DNA of 45,736 nt from Deltaproteobacteria bacterium (GCA_021162935.1 JAGGXR010000102.1:1-45736), one strand, 5' to 3'. Counted from the stretch's first letter, positions 35,201-43,561 are shown. The notes: generated by a model not told the origin, from the sequence alone. Numbers and translations: made by a program.

Positions 35201-38160
35201 TCCACCTTGTGGACCCCGCTGTCGTTCCTTTGGGGTGAGTATCCGTCGATGTCCTGGAACTGGTATGGATTCATGTTGCAACCACCCAGGATGAACACGG
35301 TCGCAACCGCTGCGACGAGCCTTTTACGTCGTTTCCAAACCAACGCAAACAGGGCCAGCAGGACGAGCCACAGGCCCTGGCCGGATTCACCAGCCGAGTC
35401 ACAGGAACAGCCGCCCCCACCAATGGCCAACACCTGCTGACCTGACCTGCCGGGAACGTAGTCGGATGGGTCCTGGCACTGCCCTTCTGTGCAGGTGCCA
35501 CCCAAAGGGCAGGTGACCTGCGCGCAGGGATCGTCCACGCATTGGCCGTCGCTACAGACGCGGTCCTTGCCGCAATCCACTCCACTGCAGGGATCTGGTT
35601 CACAGACGCCGTCCCGGCAGCGGTTGCCCCAGCCGCAATCCTTGTCGACGCAGGGATCCTGACTGCAGATGCCGTCCTTGCAGCTTTGTCCCGCCGAGCA
35701 AACCACGTGCTCACAGGTGTTCACACATTCACCCTGGCGACAAAACTGGTGATCCGAGCAGGTGACCTGGGCACAGGGATCATCGATACAGGTGGCGTCC
35801 CGGCAGACCTGGCCATCGGGGCACCCAAGCCCATAGCAACTGTTCTCGATGCACTGGCCTTTTTCGCAAATTTCGTCGTCCGTGCATTGGACGATATCGC
35901 ACAGGTCCACGCACTGACCGTCTTGACAGATCTGCCCTTCTGGGCAGGACACGCCGTAGCATGCAGTCTGCACGCAGTAGCCGTCCTGACAGGCCATGCC
36001 GCCCGGGCATTGAAATTCGCCTTCACTGCAAGAGATGCGACAGGCGCAGTCCACACATTGTGAACCAGGCGGACAGAGGTCTCCGTTGTCGGTCTGTCCA
36101 TCGCAATCATTGTCGACGCAGTCGCAGATTTCCGACACGGGCCCCACTGCGCCATCGCATTGCAGGGCACCGGCGATGCAGTGGATGGCGCCCAAAGAAC
36201 AGATGCCTTCGTTCGTGATGCCGCAGACACCACCACCTCCCGGATCGTCATTATCCACGACGCCATCACAGTCATTGTCCCGTCCGTCGCAGACTTCTGG
36301 CTGCGGTCCGATGGCCCCCTGACACACGAGTTGCCCCCCGATGCACTGATAGATACCTGGCCGACACTCCCCTTTGTTCTCTCCACACGGACCGCCCTCG
36401 TCCACAGGATTGTCGTCCACGACACCGTTGCAGTCGTTGTCATTGCCGTCGCAGACTTCGGGCTGCGGCCCGATGGAACCCTGACACACGAGAGCGCCGT
36501 TGACGCAGACCTCGATACCGGTCTGGCACTCTCCCACGCCGCTGCCACAAGAGCCTCCGGCATCCGTTGGATTGTTGTCGGTATGGCCGTCACAGTCATT
36601 GTCCAGGTTGTCGCAGACTTCTGATTGCGGCCCCACGGCACCCTGGCAAATTGGGGCGCCGTTCGAGCAAACCATGGTGCCCGTCTGGCATTCCCCTTCG
36701 TCCTTGCCGCAGGTACCTCCCACGTCGATGGGGTTGTCGTCGATGGCGTTGTTGCAATCATTGTCCAGGTTGTCGCAAACCTCAGGTTGCGGCCCCACGG
36801 CTCCCTGGCAGGTCAAGGCACCGTTGCTGCACACAGTCGTTCCATGGCTGCATTCTCCCACGTCCGTGCCGCAGGTGGCCCCCTCGTCGATGGGGTTGTT
36901 GTCCGTGTCGTTGTCGCAGTTGTTGTCGATGTTGTCACAGACTTCGGGGGATGGTTTGACCTCTCCTTGGCATATCAAATGGTGTTGGTAGCAAACCGTG
37001 ACACCCTGCTGGCACTGGCCCACGTTCGAGCCGCAGGGTTGGCCGTCGTCGGTGAGATTGTCGTCCGGAGTTCCATTGCAGTCATCGTCGAGCCCGTTGC
37101 ACGTTTCGGGCTGTGGTCCGACTTCCCCCTGGCAGACCAGATGGCCGTCCGTACAGACAGTATGCCCCGTGGAGCAGGTGCCCACGTTCGTGCCGCAGGC
37201 GCTTCCCTCGTCGATGAGGTTGTCGTCCGTGGTGCCATTGCAGTCATTGTCCAGGTTGTCGCAGATCTCAGGTTGCGGCCCCACAGCTCCCTGGCAGACC
37301 AGGTGGCTGTCCGTGCAAACTTGGATGCCCTGCTGACATTCTCCCTCGTCCGTGCCGCAGGGGCCACCGGCGTCGACCGGATCTTCGTCGGTCTGGCCGT
37401 CACAGTCGTTGTCCTGCCCATCGCAAATTTCCGGATTCGGGACACAAGGCGGCGTCAACCCCTCGACCAAGAGGGTCATGTCGGTGAAGTCGTTGTCGCC
37501 ACCTCGAAACAGATCTTCGAAGGCGAAGTAGAATCGGTTTTGGTGCGCCTTGGACGTAAAGACCAGGAAATGGACGTAGTCGCCATCGCCGTTGAGTTCG
37601 GTCTCCGTGTAATACATGTGACCGAAAAGATCCGGCGGCGTGAAGTCGCCGCAGTTCACATGTGGGCTCGATGTGTTGCCCTGAGGCGTGATGAGGTAGA
37701 AGCCGATGAAACCGCCATCCCAGCGTCCGTTGTCGAACTGGACATCGAAGTCGATGTCCGTGGCGTCGCCGGGTTCATTGTTGACAGGGCTGCAGTCGAA
37801 AATCACGTACAGGTGGTTCGGGTCTCCGACGTTGTACCAGCCGAAGCTGTTCTCGTATCCCGCCTGCTCCTGGATGTCTTCGAAATGCACCGTCCGCCCG
37901 GAGCCATATTCCGGAGGCAAAAAGATCTGTGGAAACAAATAGGCGTCTTTGGTGGCATCGAGATAGTTCGGATCGTTTGGATTCGAAATCCCTTCGCTCG
38001 TCTCCAATTGGGTTTGAAGGCTGTTGGTGGTGGGGACGATGGTGCCATCCACTTGACTGACCGTCGCCCGAGCGCTCAGGTCGAACAGGACACCCGAGGC
38101 AACCAGAACAACGGTACCAGAAATGATGGCAACGAGACGTAAGGAAACGAAACGTTTCAT
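32257..38160 (-). CDS. giant secreted repeat protein that looks like two fused genes. Part 1: signal peptide + DUF4114-like domain + 9 MopE-like DNDCDG repeats + Cys-rich stalk + MYXO-CTERM. Part 2: lipoprotein signal + 9 MopE-like repeats + BNR/Asp-box beta-propeller.
   Basis: Start at MKRFVSLRLVAIISGTVVLVASG (ATG 38160, AGGAG RBS). Eighteen C-x-DG-x-DNDC(D/N)G-x-D repeats. A mid-protein GGGGCSCDSAG...LWLVLLALFALVWKRRKR segment is immediately followed by LVAAVATVFILGGC. C-terminal Asp-box repeats are SSDGGVTWS, SSDHGQTFT, SVDNGTSWL, SLDSGLNF. The long plus-strand ORFs across this interval are antisense artefacts. Confidence 0.7.
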   Translation of the reverse strand: MKRFVSLRLVAIISGTVVLVASGVLFDLSARATVSQVDGTIVPTTNSLQTQLETSEGISNPNDPNYLDATKDAYLFPQIFLPPEYGSGRTVHFEDIQEQAGYENSFGWYNVGDPNHLYVIFDCSPVNNEPGDATDIDFDVQFDNGRWDGGFIGFYLITPQGNTSSPHVNCGDFTPPDLFGHMYYTETELNGDGDYVHFLVFTSKAHQNRFYFAFEDLFRGGDNDFTDMTLLVEGLTPPCVPNPEICDGQDNDCDGQTDEDPVDAGGPCGTDEGECQQGIQVCTDSHLVCQGAVGPQPEICDNLDNDCNGTTDDNLIDEGSACGTNVGTCSTGHTVCTDGHLVCQGEVGPQPETCNGLDDDCNGTPDDNLTDDGQPCGSNVGQCQQGVTVCYQHHLICQGEVKPSPEVCDNIDNNCDNDTDNNPIDEGATCGTDVGECSHGTTVCSNGALTCQGAVGPQPEVCDNLDNDCNNAIDDNPIDVGGTCGKDEGECQTGTMVCSNGAPICQGAVGPQSEVCDNLDNDCDGHTDNNPTDAGGSCGSGVGECQTGIEVCVNGALVCQGSIGPQPEVCDGNDNDCNGVVDDNPVDEGGPCGENKGECRPGIYQCIGGQLVCQGAIGPQPEVCDGRDNDCDGVVDNDDPGGGGVCGITNEGICSLGAIHCIAGALQCDGAVGPVSEICDCVDNDCDGQTDNGDLCPPGSQCVDCACRISCSEGEFQCPGGMACQDGYCVQTACYGVSCPEGQICQDGQCVDLCDIVQCTDDEICEKGQCIENSCYGLGCPDGQVCRDATCIDDPCAQVTCSDHQFCRQGECVNTCEHVVCSAGQSCKDGICSQDPCVDKDCGWGNRCRDGVCEPDPCSGVDCGKDRVCSDGQCVDDPCAQVTCPLGGTCTEGQCQDPSDYVPGRSGQQVLAIGGGGCSCDSAGESGQGLWLVLLALFALVWKRRKRLVAAVATVFILGGCNMNPYQFQDIDGYSPQRNDSGVHKVDAGPCEVTNGGTELCDGLDNDCDGLTDEDFNLALDSDNCGSCGNSCQVPGGFSYCKQGKCVFQGCAPGYIDLDHDMSDGCEYACMPSNGGQELCDGLDNDCDGETDEDFDLMNDESNCGSCGTACALTNADSECQEGHCRLTRCHDGFLDLDQDENDGCEYACVATNGGVEICDGLDNDCNGSIDDNVDTSSNPANCGSCGHVCSAPNATMDCVLGSCVLISCKPGYVNLDNAPGNGCEYTCTETNSGTEVCDGVDNDCDGVADNNLTDVGGSCGRDEGECQHGSWACSSGILICSGGVGHHVEVCDGKDNDCDSVTDNAPVDVGGPCGTGVGQCQRGTMVCQGGQPLCQGGQGPVAETCNGLDDDCDGVADNHLIDTGGVCGTNQGACQQGTWACSSGILVCSGSINPQPEICDGVDNDCDGQPDNDTLDTGDLCGSSVGECQVGVTVCPNGQVICQGAIDPQPEICDGKDNDCNGFVDDDPQGVGVQCGVSNTGECRYGTTACTNHHLICEGNVDPSAEVCDGLDNDCDSTTDLAGCVTEDSTDQRLDITSNPGAANSIQVDLAADGNNVYVVWLDTRNGNADIYYACSSDGGVTWSADLRLDTGSSDSVKPRVFADPSGWVYVVYTDFRTGGDRDIYFRRAAGCGAAFDAEKRLDTGNVDSLNLDLTADGAGRVAVVWEDFVEGSGNTNPQHNVYLAASSDHGQTFTSPLRVNQVPSDPTHALASLPRVAIGQSGRILVTWMDQRDGAADIYLNSTDDMATFGTSDLRLDTDAAGAAASKYPRMGTDGAGHVYVIWQDLRRVPYSDIYLARSVDNGTSWLADRQVDSDKGDANSYEPSFALGQTGTLYMAWQDFREGLPMIRVASSIDYGATIRSSVRASAGPGYVSDVQLASGGSKVFVAFADDRDGLRDIYLNYSLDSGLNFQPADVRLDGASPPGSAESFSPRLMTDGATDGYVVWVDTRTDDVHGDIYFNAVRQ

Positions 38161-38402
38161 GGCTCCTACTCCTGTGATTGGATCCACAATCGTGGGGTGT
38201 CGATTACGAGGACGCTCTCATCCTTCGGCCATTCGGCCCGAACCCCAAGCCGATCAAGGACCTCCTTTACATCTTACACCAACCCCCCTCGTTGTCATCG
38301 ACTGAATCGCCGACTCACAGAGTGTGACTCATTCATTGACTGGTGCAAGGATGGCTCCTAAAGTAGCAGCCAGAATCTCGCCGTTTGGAAAGAGGAATCG
38401 CA

Positions 38403-38804
38403 ATGGAGCGTGCAAGACGGGTGCTCGTGGTCGAAGACTCGGATGCAATGCGTCACATCGCCTGTGACGTGTTGGAGATGGAGGGCTTCGAAGTCCTTGA
38501 GGCAGTCAGCGGATTCGATGCCCTCAAGCTGCTTGCTGCCGAGCAGGTCGACGTGGTGGTGACCGACATCAACATGCCGGACCTGACCGGCCTGGAACTC
38601 ATCAAGTTTTGTCGCAGCGATCCGAAGCGAAAAGACATCCCGGTGATCGTAATCTCGACGGATTCATCGGCGGCCGACAGGGAACGGGCCATCAAGCTGG
38701 GAGCCAACGATTACCTGGTCAAGCCCTTCGAACCGGATGATCTGGTGGCAGCCTGCCGTCGACGCATCGATGCCACGACAGAGACACGAGGCGGCGATGA
38801 GTGA
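38403..38804 (+). CDS. CheY-like single-domain response regulator
   Basis: VLVVEDSDAMR...VVVTDINMPDLTG...KP gives the D-D-K receiver signature. AGAGGA RBS 7 nt before the ATG at 38403. The track start at 38385 is a TTG. Confidence 0.8.
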   Translation: MERARRVLVVEDSDAMRHIACDVLEMEGFEVLEAVSGFDALKLLAAEQVDVVVTDINMPDLTGLELIKFCRSDPKRKDIPVIVISTDSSAADRERAIKLGANDYLVKPFEPDDLVAACRRRIDATTETRGGDE

Positions 38805-40839
38805 GGGCACCGGAAAACTGAGCCTATCTGAATTCTTGGTGGAGGCTCAAGAAATCGTCGAAGAATTTGGGCATTCGCTCATGGAACTGGACCGGGCGGT
38901 TGCTGCCGGCACAGCTCCCCCACCCGACCTGGTCAATTCCTGTTTCCGTTCGATCCACACACTCAAGGGTCTGTCGGGGCTGTCCGGGGTGGAGTCCATG
39001 GCGAGGCTCTCCCACATCATGGAAGATGTCCTCGATGGTGTCCGCATGGGCCGGGTCGCGCCCGAGCGGGGCATGTTGGATCTGTTGTTCGAGTCATCCG
39101 AACTGCTCCAAGCCATGATGGCGGCAGCCAAGGGTGAGGTGACAGAGCCGGTACAGCAAGCCGAGTCCCTCATGGCGCGGTTGCAGGCGGCGGCGGCCCA
39201 AGGGCCCTCGTCTGACCGTAAGGCGATCCTGTCCGGATTGGATCCAACGCTTCTGGACGTGCTCACCGAATATGAAGAGCACCGGCTACGCGAAAACGTT
39301 TCATCGGGCAAGCATCTGTACGTGGTTGGGGTGAACCTGGACATCGTATCCGTGGACAAGGATCTCGACGCGGTTCGGGAGGGACTCCAGGGATTCGGTG
39401 AGGTCATCACGTACCTGCCCGCCGAAGGGGCGCTGGACGACAGCAAGTTGGCCCTCGAAGTCCTCTTCGCCGGCGACGTAGAGGCGCAGGTAGTGCTCGA
39501 AACCGTCCAGGCCATCGACCCAACCGCGCAACTTCGCAAGTTGAATACAGCGCCGCCTCGTCCGGCACCGCTTCCCCCCGAAGCCCCCGAAGTGGAATCC
39601 GCCGCTTTGGAAATGTCTCTCAAGAGTGTTTCGGCGACGGTGCGCGTGGACATCGGAAAGCTCGATAGTCTGATGAACGTGGTGGGCGAATTGAACATGA
39701 GTGTTTCAGCCCTGACCGAGTTGCTCACGTCGGACGAGGATGCCCACCAAAGCCGGAGCTTTCGCCACCAGATGTCCAAGACGCAACGAACCCTGCAACG
39801 GGTCGTGGGGCACCTGCAGCAGCGCATCCTCGACATTCGTATGGTGCCGGTGGAACGGTTGTTCCAGAAGCTTTCCCGAGTGGTTCGAAAGTTGTCTCGT
39901 AGTTCGGGCAAACTGATCGAACTCAAGATGATAGGCGGTGACACGGAACTGGACAAGCTCATCATCGAGGAGCTATCCGACCCGCTCATGCATATCATCC
40001 GCAACGCCGTGGATCATGGCATCGAAAAACCGGACTTCCGAGTCCGGATGGGCAAAAACGAACAGGGGACCATCACGCTCAGAGCCCGCCAGCAGGGAAG
40101 CCACGTGATCGTCGAAGTCGAAGACAATGGGGCGGGCATCGACCGAGCAGCCGTGATTCGAACGGCCAAAGCCAGCAACCTCATCGAGGAGCCGGATGCA
40201 AGGGACCTGTCCGACCGGGAAGTGTACAATTTGTTGTTTCGTCCTGGATTCTCCACCAACACCGATGTGACCGAAGTTTCAGGCAGGGGGGTGGGGCTGG
40301 ATGTGGTCAAGACGAACCTAGCCAGGCTCTCGGGAATCATCGATATCCAGTCGACGCCGGGTGCCGGCACCACCTTCATTTTGACCCTGCCCGTCACGCT
40401 GGCCATCATTCGCGTGCTCATGGTCCGGGTTACCGATGAACTGTATGCGGTTCCGCTCAATGCCGTCATGGAGGCGGTGGCGATTCAGCCCGAAAAGATT
40501 CGGATAGTCGGTCGACGTGAAATCGTGGATCTGCGAGGCACGACCCTGCCGGTTTTGCGACTTGAGGAACTCTTCGATCTGCCCCGTTCTGCCCAGCCCC
40601 CCCGAGACGCCGATCGGCAGTTCATGATCGTCGTGGGATTGGCCCAACATCGTGTGGGACTGATCGTGGATGAACTGTACCATCAACAGGACATCATCAT
40701 CAAACCGCTTGGAGCCACGCTGGAGGATGTGCGCGGAATTGCCGGAGCCACGATCCTGGGCTCTCAAAAGGTCGTCTTGGTCCTCGACCTTGCGGCTCTG
40801 ATCGAAGACATTCTGGACCAGGCCCGAAATGCCGCCTGA
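38797..40839 (+). CDS. cheA: CheA-type histidine kinase (HPt/P1, dimerisation, HATPase, CheW-like P5)
   Basis: HPt signature FRSIHTLKGLSGLSG. ATP-binding boxes (..HIIRNAVDHGIE.., DNGAGID, GRGVGLDVV). C-terminal CheW-like domain. Starts 8 nt inside the CheY-like gene (ATGAGTGA overlap). Confidence 0.85.
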   Translation: MSEGTGKLSLSEFLVEAQEIVEEFGHSLMELDRAVAAGTAPPPDLVNSCFRSIHTLKGLSGLSGVESMARLSHIMEDVLDGVRMGRVAPERGMLDLLFESSELLQAMMAAAKGEVTEPVQQAESLMARLQAAAAQGPSSDRKAILSGLDPTLLDVLTEYEEHRLRENVSSGKHLYVVGVNLDIVSVDKDLDAVREGLQGFGEVITYLPAEGALDDSKLALEVLFAGDVEAQVVLETVQAIDPTAQLRKLNTAPPRPAPLPPEAPEVESAALEMSLKSVSATVRVDIGKLDSLMNVVGELNMSVSALTELLTSDEDAHQSRSFRHQMSKTQRTLQRVVGHLQQRILDIRMVPVERLFQKLSRVVRKLSRSSGKLIELKMIGGDTELDKLIIEELSDPLMHIIRNAVDHGIEKPDFRVRMGKNEQGTITLRARQQGSHVIVEVEDNGAGIDRAAVIRTAKASNLIEEPDARDLSDREVYNLLFRPGFSTNTDVTEVSGRGVGLDVVKTNLARLSGIIDIQSTPGAGTTFILTLPVTLAIIRVLMVRVTDELYAVPLNAVMEAVAIQPEKIRIVGRREIVDLRGTTLPVLRLEELFDLPRSAQPPRDADRQFMIVVGLAQHRVGLIVDELYHQQDIIIKPLGATLEDVRGIAGATILGSQKVVLVLDLAALIEDILDQARNAA

Positions 40840-40907
40840 TCCCGAGTCGCCCGGTTTGGGCCTCCAAAGCCGCTCACACCGACAAAAAATGAGACAGGGT
40901 TTTCATT

Positions 40908-40936
40908 TTGACAGAAAGATAAGGCTCTTATATAGT
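40908..40936 (+). promoter_or_regulatory. near-consensus sigma70-type promoter (-35 TTGACA, 17-nt spacer, -10 TATAGT)
   Basis: Read from the sequence in the AT-rich gap between cheA and the small membrane-protein gene. Confidence 0.55.
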
Positions 40937-40939
40937 CCA

Positions 40940-40976
40940 GGCAACGTTTTAGGTGTTAGCCTTGAAAGACGTTGCC
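40940..40976 (+). promoter_or_regulatory. imperfect inverted repeat (GGCAACGTTTT...AAAGACGTTGCC, 11/12 match, 13-nt loop) immediately downstream of the -10
   Basis: Read from the sequence. It would sit at +1 to +40 of the transcript from the promoter above. Candidate operator or 5'-UTR hairpin. Confidence 0.5.
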
Positions 40977-41008
40977 CGCAGGGGCATTGCAATCAGGAGT
41001 AAACCGTC

Positions 41009-41464
41009 ATGAAGATGCTCGCAGGCTATACTGCGGTCCTGGTGGCTGGAGGGTGCTTTTTCCTCGTCCTCATCATGGTTCTGGTAGGGATGGTCAAGGG
41101 GCTCATCGACAGCAAGAATCACCCAGAACCCATGGACCCACACGATTCGGATCCCAACATCTTTTCCGATCGGATTCCTGGTCTCGCGAAGACGGACATG
41201 ACCCATTTCGAGGTAGGTTCTGTCAGGCCCACCATCGCATTCACCATTGCGGCCCTGCTCGGGACCCTCTCGGTCCTTGGATTTTCCGCCTATGGCCTTG
41301 CGCAGATGACGCAAGGCACCAAGACCACGGCCGCCATGCGAAACGAGGCCAAAGCAAACGCCAAACAGCAAAAGCGGGAGCAGGCCGGCGAGGTGGAACT
41401 GGGTGGAGACGAAGAAAACACCCATCACAAAGCCGGTTCCACCTTCGATATCAAAGCAAAGTAG
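41009..41464 (+). CDS. small membrane protein (2 TM segments), hypothetical
   Basis: AGGAG RBS 8 nt before the ATG. TM1 is YTAVLVAGGCFFLVLIMVLVGMV. TM2 is IAFTIAALLGTLSVLGFSAYGL. Lys/Gln-rich C-terminal tail. Confidence 0.45.
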   Translation: MKMLAGYTAVLVAGGCFFLVLIMVLVGMVKGLIDSKNHPEPMDPHDSDPNIFSDRIPGLAKTDMTHFEVGSVRPTIAFTIAALLGTLSVLGFSAYGLAQMTQGTKTTAAMRNEAKANAKQQKREQAGEVELGGDEENTHHKAGSTFDIKAK

Positions 41465-41667
41465 CCACTTCCCTTACTCTCCTTCTTTTTTTTCCTCACC
41501 TCCATTGAGTTCTGCGGAAGCTGAAGCTCTTCAGGCCATCGTGGATTTGTGCAGATACATGGCTTTCTGGACGGAAGCATTTTTCGATCAAGCCCCAGGG
41601 TGGATACAGCACTCCGCAAGTCGAAGACTGGATTTTTGTGTCTCTCACCGTGGGCGGACGGATGAGG

Positions 41668-43359
41668 CTAATGCTGGAAGGACGACTGGACCGGGTTGAG
41701 GTCTCGTGCAAGGACGGGACGGGACGGGAACCGTAGCACTTTTGGTTGCTTCGCAGCGATGGACGGGCTCACCGGTCGTCTGGTCTCGACCACAGGCCGG
41801 GCGCTTGCCCGCTCTTCGTCCAGTTCATCCAGAGCGGCGTCGAGTCTGGGCAGGACGTACTCCTGGGTGTATCGAATCATATGCTCACCCTGAATGGCAT
41901 GGACGACCGCCCACTTGAGGGTGTGGGGTGCCGCTCCGAAGCTCTGCCGCAGAAGCCTCCAGAAAAGCCTGCGATGAGGACTCTTGAGACCGATTTTATA
42001 CAAGGCGTTTGCGAAATCTTTGATATCCGTCACGCCCGCCAACCCCCCGGTTGGGAGACGACCGGCTTCTTTGATGTAGGCCTCACATCGCTCGTAATAC
42101 GCCTTGGGGCTGTAGAGATCCGCCATGAGCTGACGGTAGCCAACGAGCAGGGCACGTTCGTCCATGATCGGAACAAAATTGGACCGGCCGAACTGGTCGC
42201 CCGACGTGGAGGCACGCAGTCTTCCCTCTTCTTCGAGGCGCCGCCACAGGGCTGTTTCCGGCAAAGCGATGAGGGGGCCGATCATGGCCAGTGGGATCGG
42301 ATTCGACTGGATGAACGATCGCTGGATTTCAAAAATTTCCGGACCGTCCGAGTCGAACCCCACGATGAATCCCCCCATCACCTCCAGGCCGGCCCGGGTC
42401 ATGGTCGCGATGGCTTCATTGAGATCGACGGCCAGGTTCTGCTTTTTTCCCGCCTCTGCGAGCGCCTCGGCCGAAGGGGTCTCGATCCCCACGAACACAG
42501 ATCGGAAGCCAGATTGGATCATGGAGCTGGTCAACTTTGAATCGCGAGCCAGGTTGATACTGGCTTCGGTGTAGAAGTCGAAGGGGCGGCCGTGGGTTTC
42601 CTGCCATGCGGCGATTTTCGGCAGAAGGCGCCGGACGGCCTTCTTGTTCCCGATGAAGTTGTCGTCCACGAAAAAGATACTGCCTCTGAAACCGAGGCGG
42701 TGGATTGCATCCAACTCGACGAGGATCTGATCGTCCGTCTTGACACGCGACGCGTGGCCGAAGATCTCAACGATGTCACAAAACTCACAGTGAAATGGAC
42801 AGCCCCGTGAGTACTGGATGGACATGGTCGTGTAGGCCTCGATGTCGAGCAGATCGAACCTGGGGACCAACACTTTGGACATGTCCGGATGGGTCTGTGG
42901 TGCTGCCAAGACATGCGGCAGCGCCTCCGTTCCATCAGGAGTTTTACTCCACAGAGCCGAGATGGCCTCGATCACGTCTGTCTCGCGCTCCTCGATTTCT
43001 CCTTGAACGACGAGATCCGCCTCGTCGAACAACTCGGGAGACGTCGTGGGGGCGGGGCCACCGATCACGACCGGCCGGCCCAGGCGATGGGCCCGAGCGA
43101 TCACCTCCCGCATGGAATCGAGCTGAAGGAGCATGCCGCCCACCAGGAGGACATCCGCCCAGAGGAGATCCCGGTTGTCGATAGAGACAATGTTCAGGTC
43201 TACGAGCCGCAGATCCCATTCGTGCGGGAGGTAGGCCGCCAGGGTAACCAGGCCGAGCGGCGGCAGGGATGCCTTTTTCCCAATCAGGGAAAGGCTCTCT
43301 TGGAAACCCCAGTAGGTGGTTGGAAATCGCGGGTGAACGAGAAGAATGTGCTTTTTCAT
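41668..43359 (-). CDS. B12-binding-domain radical SAM protein (DUF4070-type C-terminus)
   Basis: N-terminal cobalamin-binding-like Rossmann region. Radical SAM CxxxCxxC (CPFHCEFC). Confidence 0.75.
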   Translation of the reverse strand: MKKHILLVHPRFPTTYWGFQESLSLIGKKASLPPLGLVTLAAYLPHEWDLRLVDLNIVSIDNRDLLWADVLLVGGMLLQLDSMREVIARAHRLGRPVVIGGPAPTTSPELFDEADLVVQGEIEERETDVIEAISALWSKTPDGTEALPHVLAAPQTHPDMSKVLVPRFDLLDIEAYTTMSIQYSRGCPFHCEFCDIVEIFGHASRVKTDDQILVELDAIHRLGFRGSIFFVDDNFIGNKKAVRRLLPKIAAWQETHGRPFDFYTEASINLARDSKLTSSMIQSGFRSVFVGIETPSAEALAEAGKKQNLAVDLNEAIATMTRAGLEVMGGFIVGFDSDGPEIFEIQRSFIQSNPIPLAMIGPLIALPETALWRRLEEEGRLRASTSGDQFGRSNFVPIMDERALLVGYRQLMADLYSPKAYYERCEAYIKEAGRLPTGGLAGVTDIKDFANALYKIGLKSPHRRLFWRLLRQSFGAAPHTLKWAVVHAIQGEHMIRYTQEYVLPRLDAALDELDEERASARPVVETRRPVSPSIAAKQPKVLRFPSRPVLARDLNPVQSSFQH

Positions 43360-43441
43360 GGTTCTTAGAATGGCAGGAAAATGTCATGAAATTGTCATGT
43401 TCTTCCATTTTTTTCATGGGGGCCATGGCAACTGACAGAAA

Positions 43442-43476
43442 TGGTCGAAGGACAGGTCGAAGGACCGGTCGACGAA
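43442..43476. repeat. three tandem direct repeats GGTCGAAGGAC / GGTCGAAGGAC / GGTCGACGAA in the region upstream of the radical SAM gene
   Basis: Read from the sequence (43442-43452, 43455-43465, 43467-43476). Also downstream of rho. Confidence 0.5.
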
Positions 43477-43561
43477 ACACGTACCCCAGGGATCTGCTGG
43501 GGGTACGCAGTCAATGATGGGATAGATGACAGAATGAAGGGGAGGAAAAAGCGAGCCGTCC

